A DNA stretch of 32,000 nt from Promethearchaeota archaeon (GTDB lineage: Archaea; Asgardarchaeota; Hermodarchaeia; Hermodarchaeales; Hermodarchaeaceae). Made by a program: the position numbers and the translations under genes. Numbering within the stretch: position 1 is the stretch's first letter; the number at the start of each line of letters is the position of its first letter. Positions 1 to 8,396 of this stretch are shown here, piece after piece. The notes beneath the pieces were generated by a model, which worked only from the letters and a program-made list of their open reading frames with translations, was not told the DNA's origin and made no database searches. The DNA is taken from assembly GCA_048938295.1 (NCBI GenBank), contig JBHLMI010000002.1, forward strand, positions 30,001-62,000, written 5' to 3'.

Positions 1-1550
1 TGTCGGACTTCTTCAAGCTCAGCAGAGACGAGTAGAACAGCTACTCCTTGGTCACGCATTTCAATTAGTATTCGGTGGATATATTCAATGGCACCGACAT
101 CTAGACCACGGGTTGGATGTGAAGCGATGACTAACTTGGGATTCTTAGCCAATGCTCTAGCAACAATTAATTTCTGTTGATTCCCACCTGAAAGCGTACT
201 AGCTAAAGAATCAAGGTCCCCAATTCTTATCGAATAAGCATCCACCAATTGATTTGAATCATTAACAATTCGTTTGCCATCTAAAAGCATATTAAATGGT
301 CCTCGGCTGTAAGGAGGATGGTATTCAGAACCCAGAATCAAGTTTTCTTTAATGGAAAAGTCGAGAATTAGGCCACGTTTATGTCGATCCTGTGGGATAT
401 ACCCCACACCATGTTCATGCATTTTTCGAGGGCTATACTTCTTTATTATATCACCTTCAAAATAAATTTCACCACCTATAGGTTTACGGAGCCCCCAGAT
501 TGCTTCAACGAGTTCTTGCTGCCCGTTACCCTCGACACCAGCAATACCCAGGATTTCACCTGAATGGACTTCGAGGCTAACATCTTTAACGACGTCAAAT
601 CCACGGTCATCTTTGACGCTGAGGTGTTTCACAGTTAACACTGCTGGACCGGGAATAGCTTTAGTCTTGGAAACCTGAAATACAACAGGGCGACCAACCA
701 TCATTTCCGCTAACTGCTCAATGGATGTATCTGCTTTGTTGACGGTACCCACAAGTTTACCATCGCGAAGAACGGTGATTCGATCACAAAGGGCCATTGG
801 ATCTCGAAGTTTATGTGAGATGAGAATGATCGTTTTTCCCGCCTTTCGAAATTCTTCCAAAGTTTCAAAAAGCTCATCAACTTCTTGTGGCGTTAGGACA
901 GCAGTGGGCTCGTCAAGAATCAGAATTTCAGCTTCACGATACAAAACCTTGATGATTTCAACACGCTGTTGCATTCCAACTGAGAGAAATTGAACCTTCT
1001 CCTTTGGTTCAATGAAAAGCTTATTTTCTTCAGCAATTTCGAGGATCTTCTTTTCAGCGGCTTTCAGATTCATTGGAGTTACTCGATTAATCGAGCCCGT
1101 AATACCCCACGCTAAGCCTTTGAAGAATTGTTTGATCTGATAAGCTATGTATTTGCTAGAGGAATGAGAGGAGATTTCTGTTGGGATGACAGCTTTTTCG
1201 AAGCGGCTTTCAAGATTAACGTAAAGAGGTTCAGAGCCCAGCACAACATTTTCAGTTACCGAAAAAGGTGGGATGAGTTTGAAATGTTGGTGGACCATGC
1301 CAATCCCCACGCGAATAGCATCACGTGGGGATCTAAAAAATACCTCTTCACCCCTAATCTTAATGGTCCCTGAATCCTTAGAAATTAACCCATATAACAC
1401 GTTCATGAGAGTAGTTTTTCCAGCTCCGTTTTCACCAAGGAGACCATGGACTTCCCCTTCCTCAATTCGAAGCGTGATGTCCTGATTGGCTACGACATCT
1501 CCTGGAAAGGTTTTATTAATATTTTCGAGCTCAATGATGTAAATCTTCAG
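1..1550 (-). CDS. ABC transporter ATP-binding protein, two-NBD nucleoside/sugar (NupO/YufO-like) type; 3' end runs off the window
   Basis: Not in the ORF track. Manual translation gives an open frame from 1550 to 1 with Walker A GENGAGKTT, Q-loop MVHQHF, LSVGMQQRVEIIK, ILDEPT, ISHKL and a second NBD (GVEGNGQQEL, LSGGNQQKLIVAR, HPTRGLDVGA). The start codon is non-canonical (CTG at 1550 or ATT at 1544). Confidence 0.93.
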   Translation of the reverse strand, partial: MKIYIIELENINKTFPGDVVANQDITLRIEEGEVHGLLGENGAGKTTLMNVLYGLISKDSGTIKIRGEEVFFRSPRDAIRVGIGMVHQHFKLIPPFSVTENVVLGSEPLYVNLESRFEKAVIPTEISSHSSSKYIAYQIKQFFKGLAWGITGSINRVTPMNLKAAEKKILEIAEENKLFIEPKEKVQFLSVGMQQRVEIIKVLYREAEILILDEPTAVLTPQEVDELFETLEEFRKAGKTIILISHKLRDPMALCDRITVLRDGKLVGTVNKADTSIEQLAEMMVGRPVVFQVSKTKAIPGPAVLTVKHLSVKDDRGFDVVKDVSLEVHSGEILGIAGVEGNGQQELVEAIWGLRKPIGGEIYFEGDIIKKYSPRKMHEHGVGYIPQDRHKRGLILDFSIKENLILGSEYHPPYSRGPFNMLLDGKRIVNDSNQLVDAYSIRIGDLDSLASTLSGGNQQKLIVARALAKNPKLVIASHPTRGLDVGAIEYIHRILIEMRDQGVAVLLVSAELEEVR

Positions 1551-1594
1551 AACCTCCAGACTAAAATTTCAGCTCAATTCTGATGGCTGTTGAA

Positions 1595-1643
1595 ATCAGC
1601 TATTTTCGTGTGGAAGTTGTATTTAATCTCAGTGATAGCTGAT
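1595..1643. promoter_or_regulatory. 9-bp perfect inverted repeat upstream of the ABC ATPase
   Basis: atcagctat (1595-1603) and atagctgat (1635-1643) with a 31-nt spacer containing a TATA-like ttaaata on the minus strand. Function is inferred only. Confidence 0.3.
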
Positions 1644-1662
1644 AAGCCTAGTCAGAATATCA

Positions 1663-1693
1663 AGAAAAAAGAGGGGAAGGGCCTTGTCGGCCC
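1663..1693 (-). terminator. Hairpin + pyrimidine/U-tract terminator after the BMP gene
   Basis: Minus strand reads GGGCC-gacaa-GGCCC then ttcccctctttttt, starting about 10 nt after the BMP stop codon. Confidence 0.55.
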
Positions 1694-1701
1694 CATCTGA
1701 T

Positions 1702-2814
1702 TTAGAGGAAGTTAAAGTCTGTAGGAACTGTGATACTGCCATTGATAATTGCAGCACCAATGTCATTGACGATGAATTGTTCACCAGCGGTGATCTTGTA
1801 TCCGGGTGCTAAGAGATCGTTATTGAGCTCCCAACCAACACCACCGTCAGCTAAACTGAAGTATCGGACACCACCAGTAAAGTTGCCCCAAGTTGTTGCT
1901 TCTCCGATGGCCCTGTAGACACCGATATCAACACGTTTCAGCATTGAAGTGAGAATTGTGGTATAGGTTCCACTTGGGGGAATACCTAGGTACATCTGGG
2001 GCGAGTCAACGCCGATAGTCCAGACAGGATAGGCCAATGTTCCATTAACCGCTATCCCTGCATCGAGGACTCCAACACCAGATCCTCCCGCTGCTGCGAA
2101 GCAGATATCTGCTCCAGCAGAGAAGTGACCTTCGGCTTGGGTTTGGGCAGTGTCAGGATCGTCCCATGCACCGACCCAACTGAAGAGTGTGTTGGGTGAT
2201 GTGTCGTTTGTGACGGCTAGAGAAGGATTCGTGATGTTAGCACCAAAGAAGTAGCCAGCAGCGAATTTGTGGATGAGTGGTTCGTCTTTTCCACCAACAA
2301 AGGCAATCTTATCCTGCGTTGTTCGTAAACCGGCCAACGCGCCAACGAGAGCAGATCCTTGTTCTTCATCGAAGTTTATCTGCATGATATTCGGAAATTG
2401 TGTTGTGTTGAGCCAGTAGACGTCCACGATAGCGAATTTCTGAGTTGGAAAGTCTGTTGCAACAGCAGTCATAGCATCAGCGATTTCGAAGCCGATTCCG
2501 ATGATGAGGTCATACGGAGTCGAGTAGCCGATATGGAGTGCGTATTGTCTGAGCAAAGGTTCGAATTCAGCGATGGCTTGAGGTTCAGAGTATGTATAGT
2601 CGATACCCAACGAATTGTTAGCCATAATAGCGCCTTCGTTGCAAAGGTCATTGAAACCAAGATCTCCGAGCCCACCTGTGCCAAATACAATCGCTACTCC
2701 GTAGGGATTCGGTGGAGGTGGTTGCATGTAAATTGTCCATAGCACCCAGCCTCCGCCAACGCCGCCGATAATGACGACAATGGCGATGATTGCATAAAGT
2801 GTTCTTCGTTCCAT
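1702..2814 (-). CDS. BMP/PnrA-family (nucleoside) ABC substrate-binding protein with N-terminal TM anchor
   Basis: Motifs GGLGDLGFND, FDEEQGSALVG, KIAFVGG, AAGGSGVGV, IGVDSPQ, TSMLKRVD. Start revised from 2853 to ATG 2814 (MERRTL), which has GGAGGA 8 nt upstream. Hydrophobic anchor followed by a PPPPNP linker. Confidence 0.92.
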   Translation of the reverse strand: MERRTLYAIIAIVVIIGGVGGGWVLWTIYMQPPPPNPYGVAIVFGTGGLGDLGFNDLCNEGAIMANNSLGIDYTYSEPQAIAEFEPLLRQYALHIGYSTPYDLIIGIGFEIADAMTAVATDFPTQKFAIVDVYWLNTTQFPNIMQINFDEEQGSALVGALAGLRTTQDKIAFVGGKDEPLIHKFAAGYFFGANITNPSLAVTNDTSPNTLFSWVGAWDDPDTAQTQAEGHFSAGADICFAAAGGSGVGVLDAGIAVNGTLAYPVWTIGVDSPQMYLGIPPSGTYTTILTSMLKRVDIGVYRAIGEATTWGNFTGGVRYFSLADGGVGWELNNDLLAPGYKITAGEQFIVNDIGAAIINGSITVPTDFNFL

Positions 2815-3009
2815 TTTTTGGCTCCTCCAATCGAACTGTCTCAGAAATGACATCGATTCAAAGAAATGGTCAAGCAGTGGATTGAGCCGACTTATTTCTG
2901 ATTTAGTTCTAAGAGCTTGTTCTGTAATGAATCAAAGGAGTATAAAAATATAGACATTCTGACGTTGTACAAAATCTCCATTAATGTCAGATTTTTTGGA
3001 CATCCTAAG

Positions 3010-3672
3010 TCAGATGTCGACGATTCGACCTTGAGGTCCAACTGCAATCAGCTCAGTGGAACCTAAGCAGTCAGTTTTACCTTCAGCTTCATGAATATGT
3101 CCACTATATACAGCAAGGGGTTGCACCTCGGTGATGAAGTCACGGAGACTTTGATACCCGATGTGGCTACCACCCCAAGTTAAATCCGCACTTGTTCCAT
3201 AAGGCGGTGTATGGGTACATAGAACAAGGTTTTCTGAGTAATAAAACTGACTTAAAATTTGCGTTACTTTTTCTTCTGTTACTGCAAAAGGTAAACCAGG
3301 AAGCCCACCGCCTAGTCCTGCAAATGTCTTGTCCCCTAAGACAATAGATTCGCCATGGAAACAGTGAAGATTTTCAAAATCGCGGCACACGCATCTTAGT
3401 TCATCGGCGTCATCATGATTTCCAGGAACTAAGTATAGTTCTACGTTACTGGCTAATGGTTCGAGGGTATCTTCTAAACCTTTCCCAAAATTAGCAAAAT
3501 CACCAAGTCCAAATCCTACATCAACTTGTTTTAATTGCCCGCGAATGTGAGATATTGCGAGTTGATCACCGTGAAGATCTGAAAAAAACAGAACTTTCAT
3601 AGTGACATTAGGGCCTGAGTACCTGTCAAAAAAGCTTCCCCTTTTCTTGTCCCTATTCATGTAATTCTTCAT
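3010..3672 (-). CDS. Calcineurin-like metallophosphoesterase
   Basis: All five motifs are present: SDLHG, GD, GNHD, THTPP, GHIHE. The true start may be the ATG at 3600 (MKVLFF). Confidence 0.9.
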   Translation of the reverse strand: MKNYMNRDKKRGSFFDRYSGPNVTMKVLFFSDLHGDQLAISHIRGQLKQVDVGFGLGDFANFGKGLEDTLEPLASNVELYLVPGNHDDADELRCVCRDFENLHCFHGESIVLGDKTFAGLGGGLPGLPFAVTEEKVTQILSQFYYSENLVLCTHTPPYGTSADLTWGGSHIGYQSLRDFITEVQPLAVYSGHIHEAEGKTDCLGSTELIAVGPQGRIVDI

Positions 3673-3765
3673 GGTAGTTATCGAGCATAGAAATGGGTAA
3701 ACTGAATAAAGGAAGTCAATATATCAAGGAGTTATTTAATGACTTGGAATTGAGGTTCGTTTTTA

Positions 3766-4950
3766 ATGAAGAAAGCAGACGTGGTCTATGTGGATAGGAC
3801 CGTGTATCCACGGTATTCCATGCTTGATAAACTTGAGATCCTTTGGAATAGAATCGGGCTCAATAAGGCTATCAAAGAAGATGACCGGGTTATCATCAAG
3901 ACCCATTTTGGTGCTTATGGCAATCTCATGTACATGCGTCCAGCTTTGATGCGCAAAGTTGTGGACTTGGTGAAAGCCCAGAAAGGTTGGCCGATTCTCG
4001 CTGAAAGTGCAGGATTAGGGTATGGGGCTGGTTTGTACGGCGGACGGACCACAGCAGCTGAATATTACAAGATGGCAGCAGCCAACGGGTATACTATCGG
4101 GACGATGGGTGCCCCCATTGTGCTCCTTGATGGATACTGGGGTGTCGACACCTTCACTGTGCCTATCAAAGGGAAACACCTAGATCGAGTCGAAGTCGCC
4201 ATGGCACTGCGCGACGCTGATGTCGTCGTTGTGATGACCCACTTCAAAGGGCATGGAGGCACCGGGATGGGTGGAACTTTGAAAAATCTCGGGATTGGCT
4301 GTGTGGGTAAATACAGTAAGACCATGATGCATGGCCCGGATAACCCGATAGTCAACGCTGAAGAGTGCAAGGGACCTGAGTGTCGAAAGTGTGAACGCGT
4401 TTGTCCCACTCGTTGTATTACTGTGGACCCCAAGATTATCATTGATTTTGATCGGTGTATTCATTGTATCCATTGTGTGTCTGCGTGTAGTCAAGCTGGT
4501 TCGAAAGCCATCATAGCAAAATGGGGGGAGAATCCACCTGCATCGACCGAACGGATGATAGAAAACGCCCTTGGTGTACTGGAAGGGGTGGGTCGTGATC
4601 GCTTCTTTTACTTCAATGTCGCTTTGGATATCAGCGAGTTTTGTGATTGTATGCCAGTCGGACCACAGGCTATGGTGCCTGATCTTGGCATTTTTGCCTC
4701 CAGAGATCCCGTGGCTATTGATGCTGCCAGCATCGATAAGCTGAATGAGGCACTCCCGATTCCGAGTTCGGCATGTGGGGACATTGCTCCCGGTGAGGAT
4801 AAACTAGCGGTTGCTACACCTTGGCCTGATCCACATACTGGTGAAAAGACGCCGACTCAATGCCATCTGCTTCAATTAGACTATGCCACGGAACTGGGTG
4901 TTGGAAACAAAGAGTATTCGCTCAAACAGGTCGACAAGAAGCCGCCCTAA
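3766..4950 (+). CDS. DUF362-family Fe-S protein with an inserted 2x[4Fe-4S] ferredoxin domain
   Basis: VIIKTHFG, THFKGH, GGTLKNLGIGC, CKGPECRKCERVCP, CIHCIHCVSAC, SEFCDC, DPVAIDAAS. Confidence 0.88.
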   Translation: MKKADVVYVDRTVYPRYSMLDKLEILWNRIGLNKAIKEDDRVIIKTHFGAYGNLMYMRPALMRKVVDLVKAQKGWPILAESAGLGYGAGLYGGRTTAAEYYKMAAANGYTIGTMGAPIVLLDGYWGVDTFTVPIKGKHLDRVEVAMALRDADVVVVMTHFKGHGGTGMGGTLKNLGIGCVGKYSKTMMHGPDNPIVNAEECKGPECRKCERVCPTRCITVDPKIIIDFDRCIHCIHCVSACSQAGSKAIIAKWGENPPASTERMIENALGVLEGVGRDRFFYFNVALDISEFCDCMPVGPQAMVPDLGIFASRDPVAIDAASIDKLNEALPIPSSACGDIAPGEDKLAVATPWPDPHTGEKTPTQCHLLQLDYATELGVGNKEYSLKQVDKKPP

Positions 4951-4967
4951 TGAAGCTGAACCCGCCC

Positions 4968-5615
4968 CTATTTCGATTTCTTTGCCTTAACTTTAGATTT
5001 CGGTTTTTCCTTGGAAGGGCTTGGCTCATTTAGTTCAAACCACTGGTCGAGAAATAGCTTCGCATAGTGGATGGGCACTCCAACTTCGAATAAGTGACCA
5101 GCGATTTCATGCCGGGATTTCCCCTCTTTCGTTAGACGCGACGACAAATTGAACGTAAATTCCTTTAACTCCCAGGGGTAGACAACCCAGGCTTCGGTTT
5201 TTACCACATAATAGTCTGGAACCAGTTTCGTCCATGGTTTCATGTGCATCGTCGCTGTTCGGGGATTCTTATAGCCCCGTTGTTTCAGATGTTCCCCAGC
5301 AACGGTCAAACTGTCCCCAGTGTCAGAAATGTCATCAACCAGCAGAGGGCTTTCCCACTTCATATCACGTGGGATTTTCTGGCTAACCTGGGGTTCATGA
5401 TCTCTTGCATAGATTCCACGGTATAAATCGACCTTGACGTTCGCGGTATCCCGTGTGAAAAAGAGATCAGAGAGAATTCGAGCGGGAATCCAGCCTCCAC
5501 GTGCTACACCAACAATTACATCAGGTTGATAACCGGAATTTACGATCATCTCATAGAGCATAAAACACAGTTCGTAAAACCGCTCCCACCATACAAATTC
5601 GTACGTGATTGCCAT
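4968..5615 (-). CDS. Type I phosphoribosyltransferase (purine PRT, archaeal Gpt/Hpt-like)
   Basis: VGVARGGWIPA loop, PRPP-binding LLVDDISDTGDSL, KPW and WVVYPWE. The substrate is inferred. Confidence 0.9.
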   Translation of the reverse strand: MAITYEFVWWERFYELCFMLYEMIVNSGYQPDVIVGVARGGWIPARILSDLFFTRDTANVKVDLYRGIYARDHEPQVSQKIPRDMKWESPLLVDDISDTGDSLTVAGEHLKQRGYKNPRTATMHMKPWTKLVPDYYVVKTEAWVVYPWELKEFTFNLSSRLTKEGKSRHEIAGHLFEVGVPIHYAKLFLDQWFELNEPSPSKEKPKSKVKAKKSK

Positions 5616-5636
5616 ACTGCTAGATATCTACCCTAG

Positions 5637-5644
5637 ATATAAAA
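5637..5644 (-). promoter_or_regulatory. TATA box of the PRT gene (probably leaderless transcript)
   Basis: Minus strand ttttatat begins 29 nt upstream of ATG 5615, and no SD motif precedes the ATG. Confidence 0.45.
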
Positions 5645-5850
5645 CTTGTCGTCAGCCACTCAAGTTTTATTCCCTGTACGCAAGAGCTTCCGGACATCGT
5701 TATTCATACATTTAGTGTACTGCAAAAGTCATTGACATGCTTGAACCCAAGAAGATTAGCCAGTTGTAGTCCAGATGTTTACATAGTTCATGAGTTGAAA
5801 TCGAGCCATTTCGAGCCTCAATCTCGTTAAATTCTGTTTAAAAATTGCGA

Positions 5851-5954
5851 GCTGCGGACGCTAACCTCCGAGCAGATCAGTTCCGTCATACGCCATGATG
5901 AGTGGCTCTGGTTAGGTGCATGTTCGTCATCGTCGACGTCCGCATGCTCCCTGA
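5851..5954 (+). ncRNA. Candidate structured small RNA / box C/D-like sRNA
   Basis: Nested complementarity (5853-5860 with 5937-5944; 5861-5866 with 5910-5915; 5870-5873 with 5905-5908; 5884-5889 with 5895-5900), plus ATGATGA (5895-5901) and CTGA (5951-5954), in a 380-nt gap with no ORF of 60 aa or more. Strand uncertain. Confidence 0.3.
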
Positions 5955-5994
5955 ATAGGACGTTGTGGTACCCTTTAGGAGTTTCTGATTGTAC

Positions 5995-6441
5995 TTATTT
6001 GGTTTTTTGACCTTTAAGCAGCTCCTTAGTAGCAGCATTCATGGTAACTACAGGGCGTAGAAGGAGGTAGAGAATGATCAACCCAACAAGCAACAAAGCA
6101 ACTCCGAGGAGTTTGATGTAAAGAGCCAGTGGGCCAATACTAAGGGCAATCAATGCTATGGGTAGAACTGCACCGATGATAGCTCGAATAATAGTTAGTA
6201 GAATTGCTTTCTGTGTGTCCTTAACAAGTAGAACGGCAAGAAAAGCAATAATGAGGAAGAACAAGGTTACACCTGCAATAATGGCGATGAAGGGTTCTGC
6301 GAAGACAAAAGGAAGGAGGAAACTCCCAATCAAGAGCACTGCATAAATGACAATGGCAAGGAAAGTCCAGTAATTAAAAACGCTGGTAAATTTCTTCAAG
6401 TCCATCGATGCCTTAGTTATTCGGGTCATAGGATCGGACAA
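5995..6441 (-). CDS. Hypothetical membrane protein (about 4 TM helices)
   Basis: GGAGGT + 6 nt + TTG start; four hydrophobic segments; follows mtnA by about 40 nt on the same strand. Confidence 0.8.
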   Translation of the reverse strand: MSDPMTRITKASMDLKKFTSVFNYWTFLAIVIYAVLLIGSFLLPFVFAEPFIAIIAGVTLFFLIIAFLAVLLVKDTQKAILLTIIRAIIGAVLPIALIALSIGPLALYIKLLGVALLLVGLIILYLLLRPVVTMNAATKELLKGQKTK

Positions 6442-6481
6442 GAAAAGACCTCCAAACTCTTCCCTCCTCCTTGGATATTAC

Positions 6482-7600
6482 CTAAATGCCTTTCTCTTGA
6501 GATGAATATCCCATTTTCCCAACAAATTTTAAAATTTGTTTGGGGTTGATTTTTGTTAAGACTCCTTTTTCTGTGATAAGACCGGTCACATACCTTGCAG
6601 GTGTCACATCAAAAATGGGATTGAGTGCTTCAGTTCTATCTGGTGCAACTTGTACAGGTCCCATTTCTCCAGTCGGAAGTCGTCCGATTACAGTTCGTAC
6701 CTCTTTTGCAGGCCGCTCTTCAATTACGATCTGATTGCCATTAGAAATATCTAAATCAAACGTAGAAAGAGGGGCTGCTATATAGAAAGGCACTTTGTGA
6801 ATATGAGCAAGGAGTGCCTTCTCATAAGTCCCGATTTTGTTTGCTACATCACCATTGGCAACAATTCGGTCTGCCCCCACGATAACAGCATCCACCTTAC
6901 CTTTGCTGAAAAGGTAGCCGCAGGCACTGTCGACAAGCAGCTGATGTGGGATGTTATATTGTTGTAACTCCCATGTTGTTAAGCGACTCCCCTGGAGCCA
7001 GGGTCTGGTTTCGGATACATAGACCATTGCTAGATTTCCTATTTCGAATGCCTGTTTAATGACACTAAGGGCAGATCCATAATCCTGTATAGCGAGTCCA
7101 CCGGTATTGCAATGAGTAAGAACTCGGCTCTGGTGTTTTAGCAGCGCTGATCCGTGTTTTCCAATCGCCTGCGACGCAGAAATATCCGAGGCTAAAACTT
7201 GATTGGCAACTTTGTCAATATTAGCGCGTTTTTCATCTAGCGTCGTGCCCTTATCCGCTGCGGAAAGACAAGCGTCTACTGTTGTTGATAGGGTTACAGC
7301 AGTTGGACGTGCACTAACTATGACTTTCGCAGCTTCCTGAAGCAGATGGTTGAATTCTAATACTAACGTGGTTTGAATCTCATGAGCAGCTTGTGCCATC
7401 GCAAACGCGCCAGCGACCCCCACAGAACCAGCTCCACGAGTGACCAAGTCTTTAATCGCTTTTACTGTATCTTGCCAAGAAGTCAGACGTTTAATTTCTA
7501 GTTTAAACGGTAACCACCGTTGGTCAATCATACTTACAATGTAATCTTTCATTTGAACAGCATGAAGATCCAATGTTTGCCCTTCAACTTTAACTCGCAT
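6482..7600 (-). CDS. mtnA: S-methyl-5-thioribose-1-phosphate isomerase (eIF-2B-like family)
   Basis: RPTAV, LTHCNTGGLA, ETRPWLQGSRLT, VGADRI, ANKIGTY, NPIFDVTP; GGAGGT SD. Confidence 0.88.
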   Translation of the reverse strand: MRVKVEGQTLDLHAVQMKDYIVSMIDQRWLPFKLEIKRLTSWQDTVKAIKDLVTRGAGSVGVAGAFAMAQAAHEIQTTLVLEFNHLLQEAAKVIVSARPTAVTLSTTVDACLSAADKGTTLDEKRANIDKVANQVLASDISASQAIGKHGSALLKHQSRVLTHCNTGGLAIQDYGSALSVIKQAFEIGNLAMVYVSETRPWLQGSRLTTWELQQYNIPHQLLVDSACGYLFSKGKVDAVIVGADRIVANGDVANKIGTYEKALLAHIHKVPFYIAAPLSTFDLDISNGNQIVIEERPAKEVRTVIGRLPTGEMGPVQVAPDRTEALNPIFDVTPARYVTGLITEKGVLTKINPKQILKFVGKMGYSSQEKGI

Positions 7601-7709
7601 TATCTAACCTCCAATCTTTCAAATAACCGAATCAAGAGACCAAAAGAGTTTTGGGAATCGGTATCGGATTAGCTCGGCTGCAAGGAATTGCTTCGCAGGA
7701 GTTCAAATA

Positions 7710-8390
7710 ATGCTGTATCACCGCATAATAAAGGCGATGTTGTTTGATTTAGATGGAACATTAGTGAAGTTTCCTGAAATGTGGCAGCATTTTGACCAGT
7801 TAATGATTAAAACATTAGATGAGTTTGGGATTCCTCATCCTTCGCAAGATGCTCGTATTGCTATTTGGCATACGGGGAGCAATTTTGAGTCGGTGATTAA
7901 AAGCTGGGGAGTAGAGGATTACTCAAGCTTTATCCATCGGTTTGATGTCCTCGATTTCGAAAAGCGAAAAGAGCTAATTGCAGATGGAAAAATTCGACTC
8001 TTTGATGATGTTGATATATTAGACAATCTTGCTGAAAGGTTTTCTCTAGGTCTCCTCACGAACACGCCACCGGATATTGCTTGGTTGGAAGTGAAATCGT
8101 TTAATTTGGAAAGATTTTTCGATGATTTTGTAATGTTGGGGACTGTAGAACAACATATCGCTAAACCAGAGCCGGATGGTTTTCTCCGTTGTTTACATAA
8201 TCTCGGGGTAAATCCAAAAGAAGCAGTGATGGTAGGCGATTCAAGCAGCGATATTATTGGGGGAAATCGTGTGGGTATGATTACTGTATTAGTTGATCGA
8301 CCTGGACAACAGACACCCACTAACCTTAGACCACCGCCACATTTGACAATTACTAATCTTGATGAACTTCTCCAGTTCACCTCGCAATGA
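7710..8390 (+). CDS. HAD-superfamily hydrolase (subfamily IA)
   Basis: LFDLDGTL, LLTN, KPEPDG, MVGDSSSDIIGG. Confidence 0.9.
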   Translation: MLYHRIIKAMLFDLDGTLVKFPEMWQHFDQLMIKTLDEFGIPHPSQDARIAIWHTGSNFESVIKSWGVEDYSSFIHRFDVLDFEKRKELIADGKIRLFDDVDILDNLAERFSLGLLTNTPPDIAWLEVKSFNLERFFDDFVMLGTVEQHIAKPEPDGFLRCLHNLGVNPKEAVMVGDSSSDIIGGNRVGMITVLVDRPGQQTPTNLRPPPHLTITNLDELLQFTSQ

Positions 8391-8396
8391 GCTGGG

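Noticed and set aside
5855-5885. Minus-strand aactgatctg...tagcgt resembling the 3' half of a TPP riboswitch
   Set aside because: No CUGAGA motif, no UAAU loop and no AGGGA closure; no thiamine gene adjacent.
5640-5990. Possible small CDS, tRNA, 5S, SRP or RNase P RNA in the long gap
   Set aside because: Frames I checked close within about 40 codons. No T-loop/anticodon cloverleaf, 5S loop C, SRP helix-8 or RNase P P4 signature was seen.
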